Shown here piece by piece: positions 18,633 through 27,821 of a DNA stretch of 64,000 nucleotides. Origin of the DNA: a virus; the IMG/VR virus record IMGVR_UViG_3300045988_170943, positions 352,001 through 416,000 of that record; one strand, written 5' to 3'. Every line of letters begins with the position of its first letter. Positions within the stretch are counted from its first letter, which is position 1. Below the pieces are notes generated by a model that saw nothing but the letters and a program-made list of their open reading frames with translations, made no database searches and had not been told where the DNA came from. Both the position numbers and the translations under genes were made by a program.

Positions 18633-18973
18633 AATGTGCTGGCCGTGCTTACAGCGGCCCTTACCTACATTCTCCGGTTTCGCCCTGCACAAAGACAAGG
18701 TACCATCAGCGTTCTGCCCAAAACGACGCTCAACAGCCACCACGAACCACACTCCCACAAAATCTCAAACCAGCAAACCCTATCACCCTAGGAATAAAGC
18801 CAGCACACTGTACACGACAGTAAACATTCCTACAGGACATATCTAAAACCACTTGTCCAGAACCAGCCGGACAACACTCCAACAAGCGCCCCTAAGAACG
18901 ACAGGCACCAGAAGACCCAGAGTGTCACCCTTCTCATGCCACAAACCTAGAGCAACGGGCGCAAGGAAGGCCC

Positions 18974-20758
18974 CTACCGGTCCTTACGCCACACAAACGA
19001 GCGCACACCACAATCGAACACCTGCACATACCCCTCCATCTGAAGCACGTCAGCATTCGACACCCTAGAACCATCCTCACGAAACCTCGGATAACGCTCA
19101 CCCACCTCAAACCCCAACAGACGATCCGCACCCACACGCCTTGCAGCAGAATCTCGCACATACGCCGGACCCTCACCACCCACCACACGCACCCACATCG
19201 AGTTAGGCCGCCCCGTACGCTCAGCAACCCAACCCGCAAACATTGACTCCGTACGCCCAGTCCCCGTCGCCAAATCCACATACGACACCACCGACACCGG
19301 GTCCACCTCACGGAAAAACACGCTGTCACACCGGCTGAAACCACCCTGCACATGCCACCCCAGCCGCGAACACGACCGAATAGCCTCCCACTCCACATTA
19401 GACCTGAACCGGGCAGGACCATACGACTGCACATGCACCAAATCCCCCCTATAGGTCAGACCCACACAGAACGTCTGACCATTCGCCGCCCCCAACAAGT
19501 GATTCTCCCGGAAAAACCGGTTCGCATCCGCCTGAGACAACGACACAACCTCACACTCACGAGCCCCAACCGAATACGGGCAAACCCCCAACTTCGCCGC
19601 CACCATAGACGCAAAAATACCCTCATCCATCCAGTCAAAATACTGCATCAACGTCACCCCCGCAGACTCCGCCACAAGTGCACGCTCCTGATGGTGACGA
19701 GGCTCAACCGGCAGATGCCTCTTGCGTCCGCACGAACCAGACTCCACAAACTCTGTACACCTGCCCGTCGCATGAGCAAACGACACCGTACTATTATGCG
19801 AGAACGACGGGTTGACATCCACCAACACACCCCCACACCCAAGATCAGCACACCACACGCCGCCACCATCACCAGCAGACCCGAACGCCACCTCAGTATC
19901 AAACCGGTGCCCAGTGACCTCCTCCAAGCGGGCCTTCCACCCCAGATTCACCTTAGACACGCGCCCACCACTAGCAGCAGCACGCTTTTGAACCTCAGGC
20001 AACTGGAAGATGTTCTCAACCCCATACCTCTCCAACATCGTCACCCGGTTACGCTCCGCAAACCCAGGCGCAGTGAACACACACTCAGAACCATACCGCT
20101 CCAACACAGTAGCACGCCCCCTAGCCTGAACCTCTTTGCTCATCATCGGGCTGCGCACCCCAAACCGCTCCATGAACGTCCGCTCACGCTTAGCACGCAC
20201 CTCAGGAGACAACGAAGGATTCGTCACCCCATAGTGAGCCATCAAAGTCTCAGCCTTCTTCGCCTTCACCTCCTCCACCTGAGACACGTTCTTAACACCA
20301 TACCGCTCCATCACCGTCGCATCATGCTTACGCTGACGATCCTCATAGTCAATGAGCCCCCTGGAACACGCCTTCGAGCACGACAAGGAAGGCTGATACA
20401 CATCCACCTCAAACTCCTTCCCGCACACCACACAAGTACGATAATGCGGGCCAGGACAGTACTTCGCCGTACTCCGGTCAGCAGTGAACTCACGACCACA
20501 CCCATCAAACTGGCAAACACACTCCACCACAGGACGATGCGCACGATAATACACGCCAGAACACTTCTTAGAACAGAACCGCAAAATCTTGACCCCAGGC
20601 TTCCGCTGCAACACCTGCCCACCACAAACCTCACACTCAGTATAGTGCGGGCCAGGACAGAACCGGTTAGTCCTCATCTTCGGAGTGAACTCTTTACCAC
20701 AGAACTCACACTGGCGTACAGGCAGATCGACCACGGAACACACCCCAAAATCAACCAA
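18974..20758 (-). CDS. zinc-ribbon-repeat protein with tandem ERYGV-type repeats (putative homing-endonuclease-associated DNA-binding protein)
   Basis: Three copies of C..C-(~17)-C..C (CEFCGKEF...CEVCG) and at least five ~33-aa repeats (MERYGVKNVSQVEEVKAKK...). No catalytic motif recognised. Confidence 0.45.
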   Translation of the reverse strand: MVDFGVCSVVDLPVRQCEFCGKEFTPKMRTNRFCPGPHYTECEVCGGQVLQRKPGVKILRFCSKKCSGVYYRAHRPVVECVCQFDGCGREFTADRSTAKYCPGPHYRTCVVCGKEFEVDVYQPSLSCSKACSRGLIDYEDRQRKHDATVMERYGVKNVSQVEEVKAKKAETLMAHYGVTNPSLSPEVRAKRERTFMERFGVRSPMMSKEVQARGRATVLERYGSECVFTAPGFAERNRVTMLERYGVENIFQLPEVQKRAAASGGRVSKVNLGWKARLEEVTGHRFDTEVAFGSAGDGGGVWCADLGCGGVLVDVNPSFSHNSTVSFAHATGRCTEFVESGSCGRKRHLPVEPRHHQERALVAESAGVTLMQYFDWMDEGIFASMVAAKLGVCPYSVGARECEVVSLSQADANRFFRENHLLGAANGQTFCVGLTYRGDLVHVQSYGPARFRSNVEWEAIRSCSRLGWHVQGGFSRCDSVFFREVDPVSVVSYVDLATGTGRTESMFAGWVAERTGRPNSMWVRVVGGEGPAYVRDSAARRVGADRLLGFEVGERYPRFREDGSRVSNADVLQMEGYVQVFDCGVRSFVWRKDR

Positions 20759-20860
20759 CAGAAACTACCCAAGTATATCCGCGCACACCCCGGAAGTCAA
20801 GGGATATTCCACCGCAGACACCTCACCTACCACACCAAGACGGAAGAGGCAACACAACCA

Positions 20861-20980
20861 ATGCGCGTCACCTCCATCAAAAAGATAGACCCCAAGCCAT
20901 CACGCTGCATCGAAGTCACCGGAGAAGACCGACTTTTCGCAGCAGGAGGCCAAAACGGCCACTCCATCGTCTCCCACAAC
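20861..20980 (+). other. split intein C-terminal fragment (IntC, 40 aa) with Cys at block F position 4
   Basis: IEVTGEDRLFAA and SIVSHN with +1 Ser parallel gp41-1 (IDIEVSGNHLFYANDILTHN) and Npu DnaE IntC. F-block RCIEV resembles the WCLEV and QCIQV of the two class 3 inteins in this window. Confidence 0.6.
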
Positions 20981-21955
20981 AGCGTTACACAGCGCATCAT
21001 CATTAACAGCGTCATCATGCGCCCCGACAGGTGGCGACTCCTCGGCATCGACCTGAAAAAAGTCGAGTTATCGCGCTACCGCAAATACAGTAACGTCGTC
21101 CTCGGAGTAGCCACCGAGATGGAGGATGCCGTAACAATCCTCAAGTTCGCGCATCAGACCATGATGAAGCGTTACTCAGAGATGGAACAGTTGGGAATCA
21201 ACAACTTCGTCAACCTCCCTGAGCCTGGTTTTTCTCTCATGATCCTAGCCGACGAGATCGGTGAGCTCTTCGGGGCGTCTGGTAATAAATCCGATGAAGG
21301 CAAGGCTAAGGACGCGATGGCTAGCGAGTGTCAGTTCATCGCCGGATCTATTCTTCGTCTAGGCCGTGCTGCGGGTGTTCACATGATTCAGGCTACGCAG
21401 CGCCCTGACGCGAAGTTGATCCCTGGTGAGTCTAAGGCTAACCTGGCAGTTCGCATCAACTGTGGCCGCACAGATTCGACAGCCTCCAGCATGATTCTAG
21501 ACAATAGTGAGGGGACTCGCGTACGCGGCTACCCTCGTGGTCGCTTGTGGTTGCAGATTAATGGCGTGGGGAATCATGCTCAGGGGTTTTGGGCTGATGA
21601 GGACTGGTTGGATGAGTGGTTGGCGTCTAAGGGGCTGAATGCTGATGGTTCGCCTGTGGGTTCTGGGGGGCAGTCTCGTCTTGCTCATTTGGCGAATATG
21701 GGCGATTTTGATGGGACGGATTTGGATACTCAGTCGGGTGTGGATAATGCGTCTGTGATTGAGCGTATTCGTGAGGAGGATGAGTGGGGGTTTGATGATG
21801 AGGAGGGTGAGAGTGATCCTGCTCCAGCGTATGATGATGGCCCTATGGGGCGGCCTGAGTTGGGGTCTGTTGGTAAGGGTAGGGGGGATGCTGTGCGTGG
21901 TGATGGGGAGTGGGATCCGTTGATGCAGTTTGTTGCGGGCGAGAATAATGCCTGA
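20861..21955 (+). CDS. FtsK/SpoIIIE-family ATPase C-terminal half with N-terminal split-intein C-fragment (IntC); Walker A half absent from window
   Basis: Residues 41 onward align to FtsK immediately after the P-loop: IDLKKVEL; Walker B FSLMILADEIG; GVHMIQATQRP; arginine-finger region. The first 40 aa, MRVTSIKKIDPKPSRCIEVTGEDRLFAAGGQNGHSIVSHN followed by S, match IntC of split inteins (blocks F and G, terminal HN). Confidence 0.65.
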   Translation: MRVTSIKKIDPKPSRCIEVTGEDRLFAAGGQNGHSIVSHNSVTQRIIINSVIMRPDRWRLLGIDLKKVELSRYRKYSNVVLGVATEMEDAVTILKFAHQTMMKRYSEMEQLGINNFVNLPEPGFSLMILADEIGELFGASGNKSDEGKAKDAMASECQFIAGSILRLGRAAGVHMIQATQRPDAKLIPGESKANLAVRINCGRTDSTASSMILDNSEGTRVRGYPRGRLWLQINGVGNHAQGFWADEDWLDEWLASKGLNADGSPVGSGGQSRLAHLANMGDFDGTDLDTQSGVDNASVIERIREEDEWGFDDEEGESDPAPAYDDGPMGRPELGSVGKGRGDAVRGDGEWDPLMQFVAGENNA

Positions 21956-22191
21956 GTTATTTGTGGTGGTCTAGAGCTTTGCCTGAGGTAGTGCCTGTCG
22001 GCTTGTGGGGCGTGTTCTATAGGCTGGCGGGCGCCTTCCTTTCGCCTTGAGTGTGTAGGGTGCGTCTTCTGGGGTGTAGGTGCGCGCGGCTGCCATCAAG
22101 GGTCGCGGGGTGTCTGTGATTCTGGCCAGGGGTTGGGGTGTTTGTGTGTCTGGTGGCGGTTTTCCTTCCCCTTTGCTTGTGTTGCTCCTTG

Positions 22192-22220
22192 TTGACTTTG
22201 TGGTGGTTTGATGGTAGTGT
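22192..22220 (+). promoter_or_regulatory. sigma70-like promoter (TTGACT-17-TAGTGT)
   Basis: Located in the GT-rich intergenic region upstream of the Cas4-like gene. Confidence 0.35.
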
Positions 22221-22287
22221 GTTGGGCGGTTTAGTGTAGTGTGCGCCCTGTCTTGGCGTGCTGGCTTGGAGGTTTGTGGTGTCTGAG

Positions 22288-24243
22288 ATGTTGCAGGGGC
22301 CGTTGTTTGAGCAGGGTCTTGTTGCGATGACTGATGCGGGTCTGCGTATTGAGGATGAGGAGATCAGTGCGGCGTTTGACCGTAAGTCGTTGAGCCCGTC
22401 ACTGGTGTCGTCTGTTGTGGATGAGAATGCGTGTATGGCTCGTATGCTGGCTTCGTCGTTTGTGGTTGATCGACTGGTGACGCCTCCGGTGGATACGGAT
22501 GCGTCTAGGGGGTCGATGTTTCATAAGGTGATGGAGGAGTTTTTCTCTCTTCCTCCTGAGGGGCGCACGAATGAGGGTATGAATCAGGCGTTCCGGGAGG
22601 TGTTGGCGTCGGATAAGTTCAGGGACCTTGGGGGCATCCCGGATGCGCGGGACTGGCTTGTGCGGGCTGTTCAGGGCTATTTCAAGATGGGGTCTAAGCC
22701 TGATAGGGTGCGGGTGGCTGAACTGGATGTGGGGCATGGTGCGCGCCCTGGCCTTGAGGTTTTTGTGAAGGGGCAGATTGGTGCAGCGTCTCGCCCTACT
22801 TTGGGGTTTGTTGACCGCGTGACTGTGGACCCTAGGGATGGTAAGTCTTTGGTGGTGGAAGACTATAAGGGGCTGGCTCTGGATACTCCGATCCCTACTC
22901 CTTATGGCTGGTCAACAATGGGAAGTCTCAGGGTGGGGGATTTTGTGTTGGGGACGACTGGGGCCTGTAGGGTGACGGTGAAGTCGAGTGTGCATTATGG
23001 TCGGCCTTGCTTCCGGGTGGGGACTGCTGATGGTGGGGCCTTGGTGGCGGATAATGTGCACTTGTGGTATGTGGCTCTCGTTCCGCCGGGAGGTTTTGGT
23101 GGTGGCGTGGTTGAGTATGCGGTCATCAGCACTGAGCGTATGGCTGAGTTTGTGCGTGCAGGATACCTGGTGTTTGTTCCTTCCCCTGACCCGTGGGAGC
23201 CTAAGGCTACTGTTGGCGGTGGCACTGTGAACAGTGTTAGTGGCGGCAGTGTTGACGGTGGGCGCTCTGTGGGGTTCTACTATGGCATGTCGCTGGGGCT
23301 CATGGACAGTGGTAACCTTGACCGGTATATTCAGGCTCACGGCAGTGCGGGCGGCGAGTTCTCCATGATTGAGGTGGCGGACCGTGCACTGGCTGGCACC
23401 ATGGATAACATTTTCGTGATCCCAGCCAATATACGGCGGGACATCATTGACGGCATTATTCACGTGTCCACCATAGAGGCGCCAGCGGACACTCCAGCAG
23501 GGTTGCGTGGTTTCAGGTGGCTGCGGTTCAATGAGTCACCTGACGGGCCTAAGGCTATTTCCACGATCCTTCTTGATCTCATGTACTTGTCTGGGATGTC
23601 CCCCATGCGCGTATTCGACCGCTCCCTAGATGACGGTAGGGGTGTGACTGAGATTGTGGTACGGGACGACCTGTACGCGCACCCACTAGGCATGGAACCT
23701 GGCTGGTGCATGGATGATGGCCTGGACGGTGGCTGGCGTGAGATCACCGTGGTTGAGGCTGTTGACTCTGTGCCCACCCAGTGCATCCAGGTGGACTCCC
23801 CCGACAGCCTCTATCTTGCTGGGCGCACCATGATCACCACACACAACACGGGCAAGGTGAAGAGGTGGAAACCAAACACGAAGGGCGACAAGGGTCTGGC
23901 TGAGCAGCGGCAGCAGACCATCTACTCAATGCTTCTGGAACAGCACGGATTCGAGGTGTCAGCAGCCAGACTCATCTACCCCGTCTATGGCGAGATCGTG
24001 AACGTCAACAAGAATGACGAATGGCTACGCAACCGGGTCGTGGAAGACATTGAACGGGCCGACGTCCTCATGAAGGCGTGCCGGGACGAGAACCTGTTCG
24101 AGTACTCACCATCATTCCTTTGCGCATGGTGCCCGCTAGCAAAACTGTGCCCCGTCGCAGACATCAAAGGCGGAAAATGCCAGGTAGCCTTCCAGAAGCA
24201 GCCAGAGCCAGAACAACTACTTGCGGGGATCAAGATTCGATGA
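22288..24243 (+). CDS. Cas4/RecB-family PD-(D/E)XK nuclease with 4Fe-4S cysteines, interrupted by a class 3 intein
   Basis: Exteins carry GFVDRVTVD (motif II), VVEDYK-TGK (motif III, restored after removing the insert), QQTIY (Q..Y) and C-terminal CAWCPLAKLCP plus an N-terminal Cys. Start is probably ATG 22288 (RBS ggagg). The ORF track starts at GTG 22258. Confidence 0.65.
   Translation: MLQGPLFEQGLVAMTDAGLRIEDEEISAAFDRKSLSPSLVSSVVDENACMARMLASSFVVDRLVTPPVDTDASRGSMFHKVMEEFFSLPPEGRTNEGMNQAFREVLASDKFRDLGGIPDARDWLVRAVQGYFKMGSKPDRVRVAELDVGHGARPGLEVFVKGQIGAASRPTLGFVDRVTVDPRDGKSLVVEDYKGLALDTPIPTPYGWSTMGSLRVGDFVLGTTGACRVTVKSSVHYGRPCFRVGTADGGALVADNVHLWYVALVPPGGFGGGVVEYAVISTERMAEFVRAGYLVFVPSPDPWEPKATVGGGTVNSVSGGSVDGGRSVGFYYGMSLGLMDSGNLDRYIQAHGSAGGEFSMIEVADRALAGTMDNIFVIPANIRRDIIDGIIHVSTIEAPADTPAGLRGFRWLRFNESPDGPKAISTILLDLMYLSGMSPMRVFDRSLDDGRGVTEIVVRDDLYAHPLGMEPGWCMDDGLDGGWREITVVEAVDSVPTQCIQVDSPDSLYLAGRTMITTHNTGKVKRWKPNTKGDKGLAEQRQQTIYSMLLEQHGFEVSAARLIYPVYGEIVNVNKNDEWLRNRVVEDIERADVLMKACRDENLFEYSPSFLCAWCPLAKLCPVADIKGGKCQVAFQKQPEPEQLLAGIKIR
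22870..23847 (+). other. class 3 intein (326 aa, WCT signature, Gly at position 1)
   Basis: Block A GLALDTPI; block B ADNVHLW (Trp at B12); block F TQCIQVDSPDSLYLAG (Cys at F4); block G MITTHN with +1 Thr (Thr at G5). Confidence 0.65.
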
Positions 24244-24836
24244 GGAAAGCAAAAACAGTTGAAGTGCCAGACCGTGAACTCACCTTCGACGAGTTTGAGA
24301 AACTACGCAAGCACGCCCTGAACTCGGCCACCTGGTATGTGGACAGGTACCAGTGGTCCAGGAACAGGGTCAGACAGCGGCTCGCCGAGAAGGGCTACAC
24401 CACGGAACCAGTCACCTACCGGGACCCAGGTGGCACCACCCACACGTGCGACATCATTGAGGAGACCCTGGCTGCGCTACCCTCCAAAGGTGTCCTGGAT
24501 GACACTGACATCGCATCAAGCCGGGTCTGGTCACTCATGGACTCGGGGAAGAGCGCGCGATTCGTCACCACAAGGCTCAGACAGCGCGGATTCATGGACT
24601 CCGACATTCAGGCCGCCATCAACGACTACCTGGGCCACAACCCAGGCCACGATGAGGATGTTGTGGACCGTGCCGCCACGAAGTACGTCAACCGGTCGGC
24701 TTTCCGGGGTGAGCCTGACATGTACAGGCGGGCCCAAAAACTGAAAGCCCACATGATGTCCAAGAGTATCGACCTGGACAGTGTTGACACCTGGATCGCA
24801 GAGCACCCAGAGTACTTCACAGAGGACAACAACTAG
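24240..24836 (+). CDS. recX: RecX-like regulatory protein
   Basis: Repeated helical RecX motifs (L..KG..dD..fA......G..I...L..KGi). ATGA start/stop overlap with the upstream gene. Confidence 0.5.
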   Translation: MRKAKTVEVPDRELTFDEFEKLRKHALNSATWYVDRYQWSRNRVRQRLAEKGYTTEPVTYRDPGGTTHTCDIIEETLAALPSKGVLDDTDIASSRVWSLMDSGKSARFVTTRLRQRGFMDSDIQAAINDYLGHNPGHDEDVVDRAATKYVNRSAFRGEPDMYRRAQKLKAHMMSKSIDLDSVDTWIAEHPEYFTEDNN

Positions 24837-25089
24837 AACAAGGAAGCGGCCGCACCCACCCCGCCTACTCTCCTGTGTAGTGGGCCATAGTGCGTCACTT
24901 ACGCTGTCACCCCCACCCTGCCATGTGCGCCCCAACACCCCGGTTCTGCGGCCTGTGAACCTGCTGGCTGATAATGCCCACACCAGGCACTCTAAAACCC
25001 AGCGGGGGTTCCGCTACCCCTGCTGTCGGTAGAATCCGCACGCTGACAAAGAAATACACCCACAGGGGAAGGGATTGAACACTCGCTGA

Positions 25090-26619
25090 CTAGGTTGGAG
25101 ATCCTCTAGAATCTAGGGTTTCCCTCACCATCATCAGCGTCGCCTCGGTTTTTCTTTCCGAGGTACCAGTGTGTCCCTGGATTCCACTCAGGGCAGTGAC
25201 CGGTTTCGACTGTCGCGTAACAGTCGAACTTCGCTCTAGCGCCCTCTGGCGAAGCAGAGAACGCATTCTATCACGGTTTCTCGTGCTTGAGATAGCACGC
25301 AAGGCAATCTCTCTAGATGCCGAGATGTCACGATCCAGTGAGAAACCACAGGTAGTGCAGGTACCGACCCTACTCTTCGAGTTGTTCGATACCTTACCAC
25401 CGCAGCGAGAGCAGGTCTTTGAGGTGTTCTTGGCGCTCACCTTGGTTACTTTAATCCCGTAGCGCTTAGCAGTTTTCTCTATCCTGTGCTGTATCTCAGC
25501 ATGAGGCCACCTACCACCCAAAGCGTCAAGCCAGGACAGGTTCTCCAGAGACAGATGAGCATCGCTCTTATTAGCGATTTCCACTACCTGGCTGGCGATA
25601 CACTGACTGATCTCATGCTTTATCCTGGTAGCCTTAGCACCGACTCGCTTCGCCTCAGTCCTGAGAATCTGAGCACGCTGGGCTCGGTTGTATCTCTCAC
25701 AGAGGTCCGCTCGTTCGTACAGATGAGCAGATAAATCACGACGTTTCTTCTCTGCCCTAACTAGAGAACCGAGCCACCTCTTGTAACTAACGTAATACGG
25801 AGCAGACCTGTACTTAGCCTCAGGATCTATGACGGTAGTGACGAACGGCTCTACCTTACCCAGGTCAACGCCTACAATCTTGTTGGTGTCTCGCTGATGC
25901 ACCTTGCGCTCGATAGCGATGTCAAAGACAACCTGGCCCTTGTCGTTCAGTCTGATAGTTGGGCGACATACCTTACCATCACCAAAGCGTGACTCATTAT
26001 CTGGAAGTCTGAAGTAGAGTCTAGTAAGACCGTTACTTGGCGTCTTGACCTGAACGATGACACTCAACGGATCGCTGTCGTCTCGAACTGCCTTAGGTGC
26101 GAAGTAGGTGTCACACACAGCCAGGTTCAGTTTGGCGTTCACTCCAGGTAGAGACGCCTTCCTCTCGCCTTTGACGTGATAGCGCCTCAGGTGAGCGCGG
26201 ATCATTCCACTGGTCGGCTGCGGAGCATCAGGATAAGCGACCTTGTAGCAGGAGAGGATCTTTTCTGGCTTGGTCTCCTTAGGGTGAGTGTTCATTACCT
26301 GAAACAGGCCAACTGAGACAGCATAAGACTCTAGAGCGCCAACTATATTGGTGATCAGCATCTCATTCATGTTGTGCTTCTGAAACTCAAAGTCGTAACG
26401 ACTAAGGCGTTTACGACCCCAGGAGTTCAGAGAACCGGTCGGCCTGCCACCCCGTAGAACTTTCACTGCCAGGTCATGAAACTCTGAACCGGCAAGCACC
26501 TCCTGCTCAGCCTGAGCCATCCAAGCAACCATCTGAGCCAGATCAGCACTCACTGAGTCAGCGTCAACTCCATCGTCAGTGGTGAACCTGTGCCTAGTCA
26601 CAGCGTCATAGTACTTCAC
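25090..26619 (-). CDS. tnpB: TnpB (IS605 OrfB family) second, divergent copy
   Basis: VGVDLG (RuvC-I) and SKTCSRCGG...CTTCGFSLDRDISASREIALRA (RuvC-III plus zinc finger). Confidence 0.8.
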   Translation of the reverse strand: MKYYDAVTRHRFTTDDGVDADSVSADLAQMVAWMAQAEQEVLAGSEFHDLAVKVLRGGRPTGSLNSWGRKRLSRYDFEFQKHNMNEMLITNIVGALESYAVSVGLFQVMNTHPKETKPEKILSCYKVAYPDAPQPTSGMIRAHLRRYHVKGERKASLPGVNAKLNLAVCDTYFAPKAVRDDSDPLSVIVQVKTPSNGLTRLYFRLPDNESRFGDGKVCRPTIRLNDKGQVVFDIAIERKVHQRDTNKIVGVDLGKVEPFVTTVIDPEAKYRSAPYYVSYKRWLGSLVRAEKKRRDLSAHLYERADLCERYNRAQRAQILRTEAKRVGAKATRIKHEISQCIASQVVEIANKSDAHLSLENLSWLDALGGRWPHAEIQHRIEKTAKRYGIKVTKVSAKNTSKTCSRCGGKVSNNSKSRVGTCTTCGFSLDRDISASREIALRAISSTRNRDRMRSLLRQRALERSSTVTRQSKPVTALSGIQGHTGTSERKTEATLMMVRETLDSRGSPT

Positions 26620-26762
26620 AGGTTCACCTCCCTTGGGTTGACTAGCATAGATGTGTGTATTGTAACATAGAGTGAGCGATGCTACAAGTCAAGGAATTAG
26701 CGCGACTGCGGGCGACGGTCAGCGTTTTCAATGGCCACTATTCCCAGCAAGTGACCCTTCCA

Positions 26763-27650
26763 CTACTTGAGTTGCGGCACCCCAAACCATGCCATGTGGC
26801 CGACAGACACGAGAATCACCAGCATCAGGATCCCAGTCACAAGCCACTTCTCTGCGTCTCCTCCCGCCTCCATCTTCGTAAACCGTGTCGTCCACCAGAA
26901 CTTGCCAAACAGGATCGCCGACAAGGGGAAGAACAGAGGGTCACCATAGGTGGTGAATGCGTCCCCAATGTCGTGGATGAGCATACCGGCGAACAGGGAT
27001 ATACCAAGCCACCTGAAGTCAGTGACACCAGATGAGATGATCAAAGACCCTGTACCAACAGCACACAGGGCAACGAGCATGACTGCACCCACAATGGGAG
27101 TCTTCTTCATCTTGTCAGTTTGCTTCTTCAGCAAAGTGGAGACAGTCAGGATCACAAGGACGGTGGACAGGAACCAGGCAAACAGCACCCCATAGGTTAA
27201 CTTCCCGACACCAGGGACGTTAACCATGCTAGATGCTTTTGTCGCCAAGTACACGAGGTAGGAGACGACCGCCGCGAGGAATGGCGTGTGCCAGACTCCA
27301 CGGTGAGGGTTCGGGTCGGGGTCGTCACGCCTAGTGCGGATCACTGTCTGAAGTATCTTAGAGGACCAACGGAAGAACAGGCTCAGGACGTTACCAAGGA
27401 TACCTAGGTCATTGATGGCTCTGGCGCTCGTATTGTCCAGGTCGGGGACGAGTGTAGCCCCAATCGTGCACAGGAACGCTAACGTAAGGATGGCGACGCT
27501 ACCAGTTCCGAGGGTGGAGACTAGACTGGTGGGCGCGAATGCGAGGATAGCGGCCATGGCAGCCAGGCCACTGAGAGCGTGTGTAAAACCCATAAACCCG
27601 TGGTCGTTGCAGTGGTTTCGGGTTCTAAGTGCCTGAGTCCAGCATTCCAT
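26763..27650 (-). CDS. polytopic membrane protein (possibly membrane-bound metal-dependent hydrolase family)
   Basis: 295 aa with about 7 hydrophobic segments. The hydrolase guess rests only on scattered His and Asp residues. Confidence 0.35.
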   Translation of the reverse strand: MECWTQALRTRNHCNDHGFMGFTHALSGLAAMAAILAFAPTSLVSTLGTGSVAILTLAFLCTIGATLVPDLDNTSARAINDLGILGNVLSLFFRWSSKILQTVIRTRRDDPDPNPHRGVWHTPFLAAVVSYLVYLATKASSMVNVPGVGKLTYGVLFAWFLSTVLVILTVSTLLKKQTDKMKKTPIVGAVMLVALCAVGTGSLIISSGVTDFRWLGISLFAGMLIHDIGDAFTTYGDPLFFPLSAILFGKFWWTTRFTKMEAGGDAEKWLVTGILMLVILVSVGHMAWFGVPQLK

Positions 27651-27821
27651 TGGTGGCTCATTCCTGTTGTCGTAAGAAAAGTGTTTACTGGCGGGAATAT
27701 CTTGGGGGATTCCCTTCTCACTCTGTTCTCAGTGCCCACCCTGTACCTGTAGAAGGGAGGGTGGGCACTGAATGTGCGTTCGTGAGTCACATGTGTCTAT
27801 GGGTGCGTGACTCATGGACAC

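Noticed and set aside
19352-20860. 5' ~1.5 kb of the 867-aa plus-strand ORF
   Set aside because: The His/Arg/Pro-rich translation is antisense to the well-supported zinc-ribbon protein gene. Only the part from ATG 20861 (IntC plus FtsK-like extein) has protein-like features.
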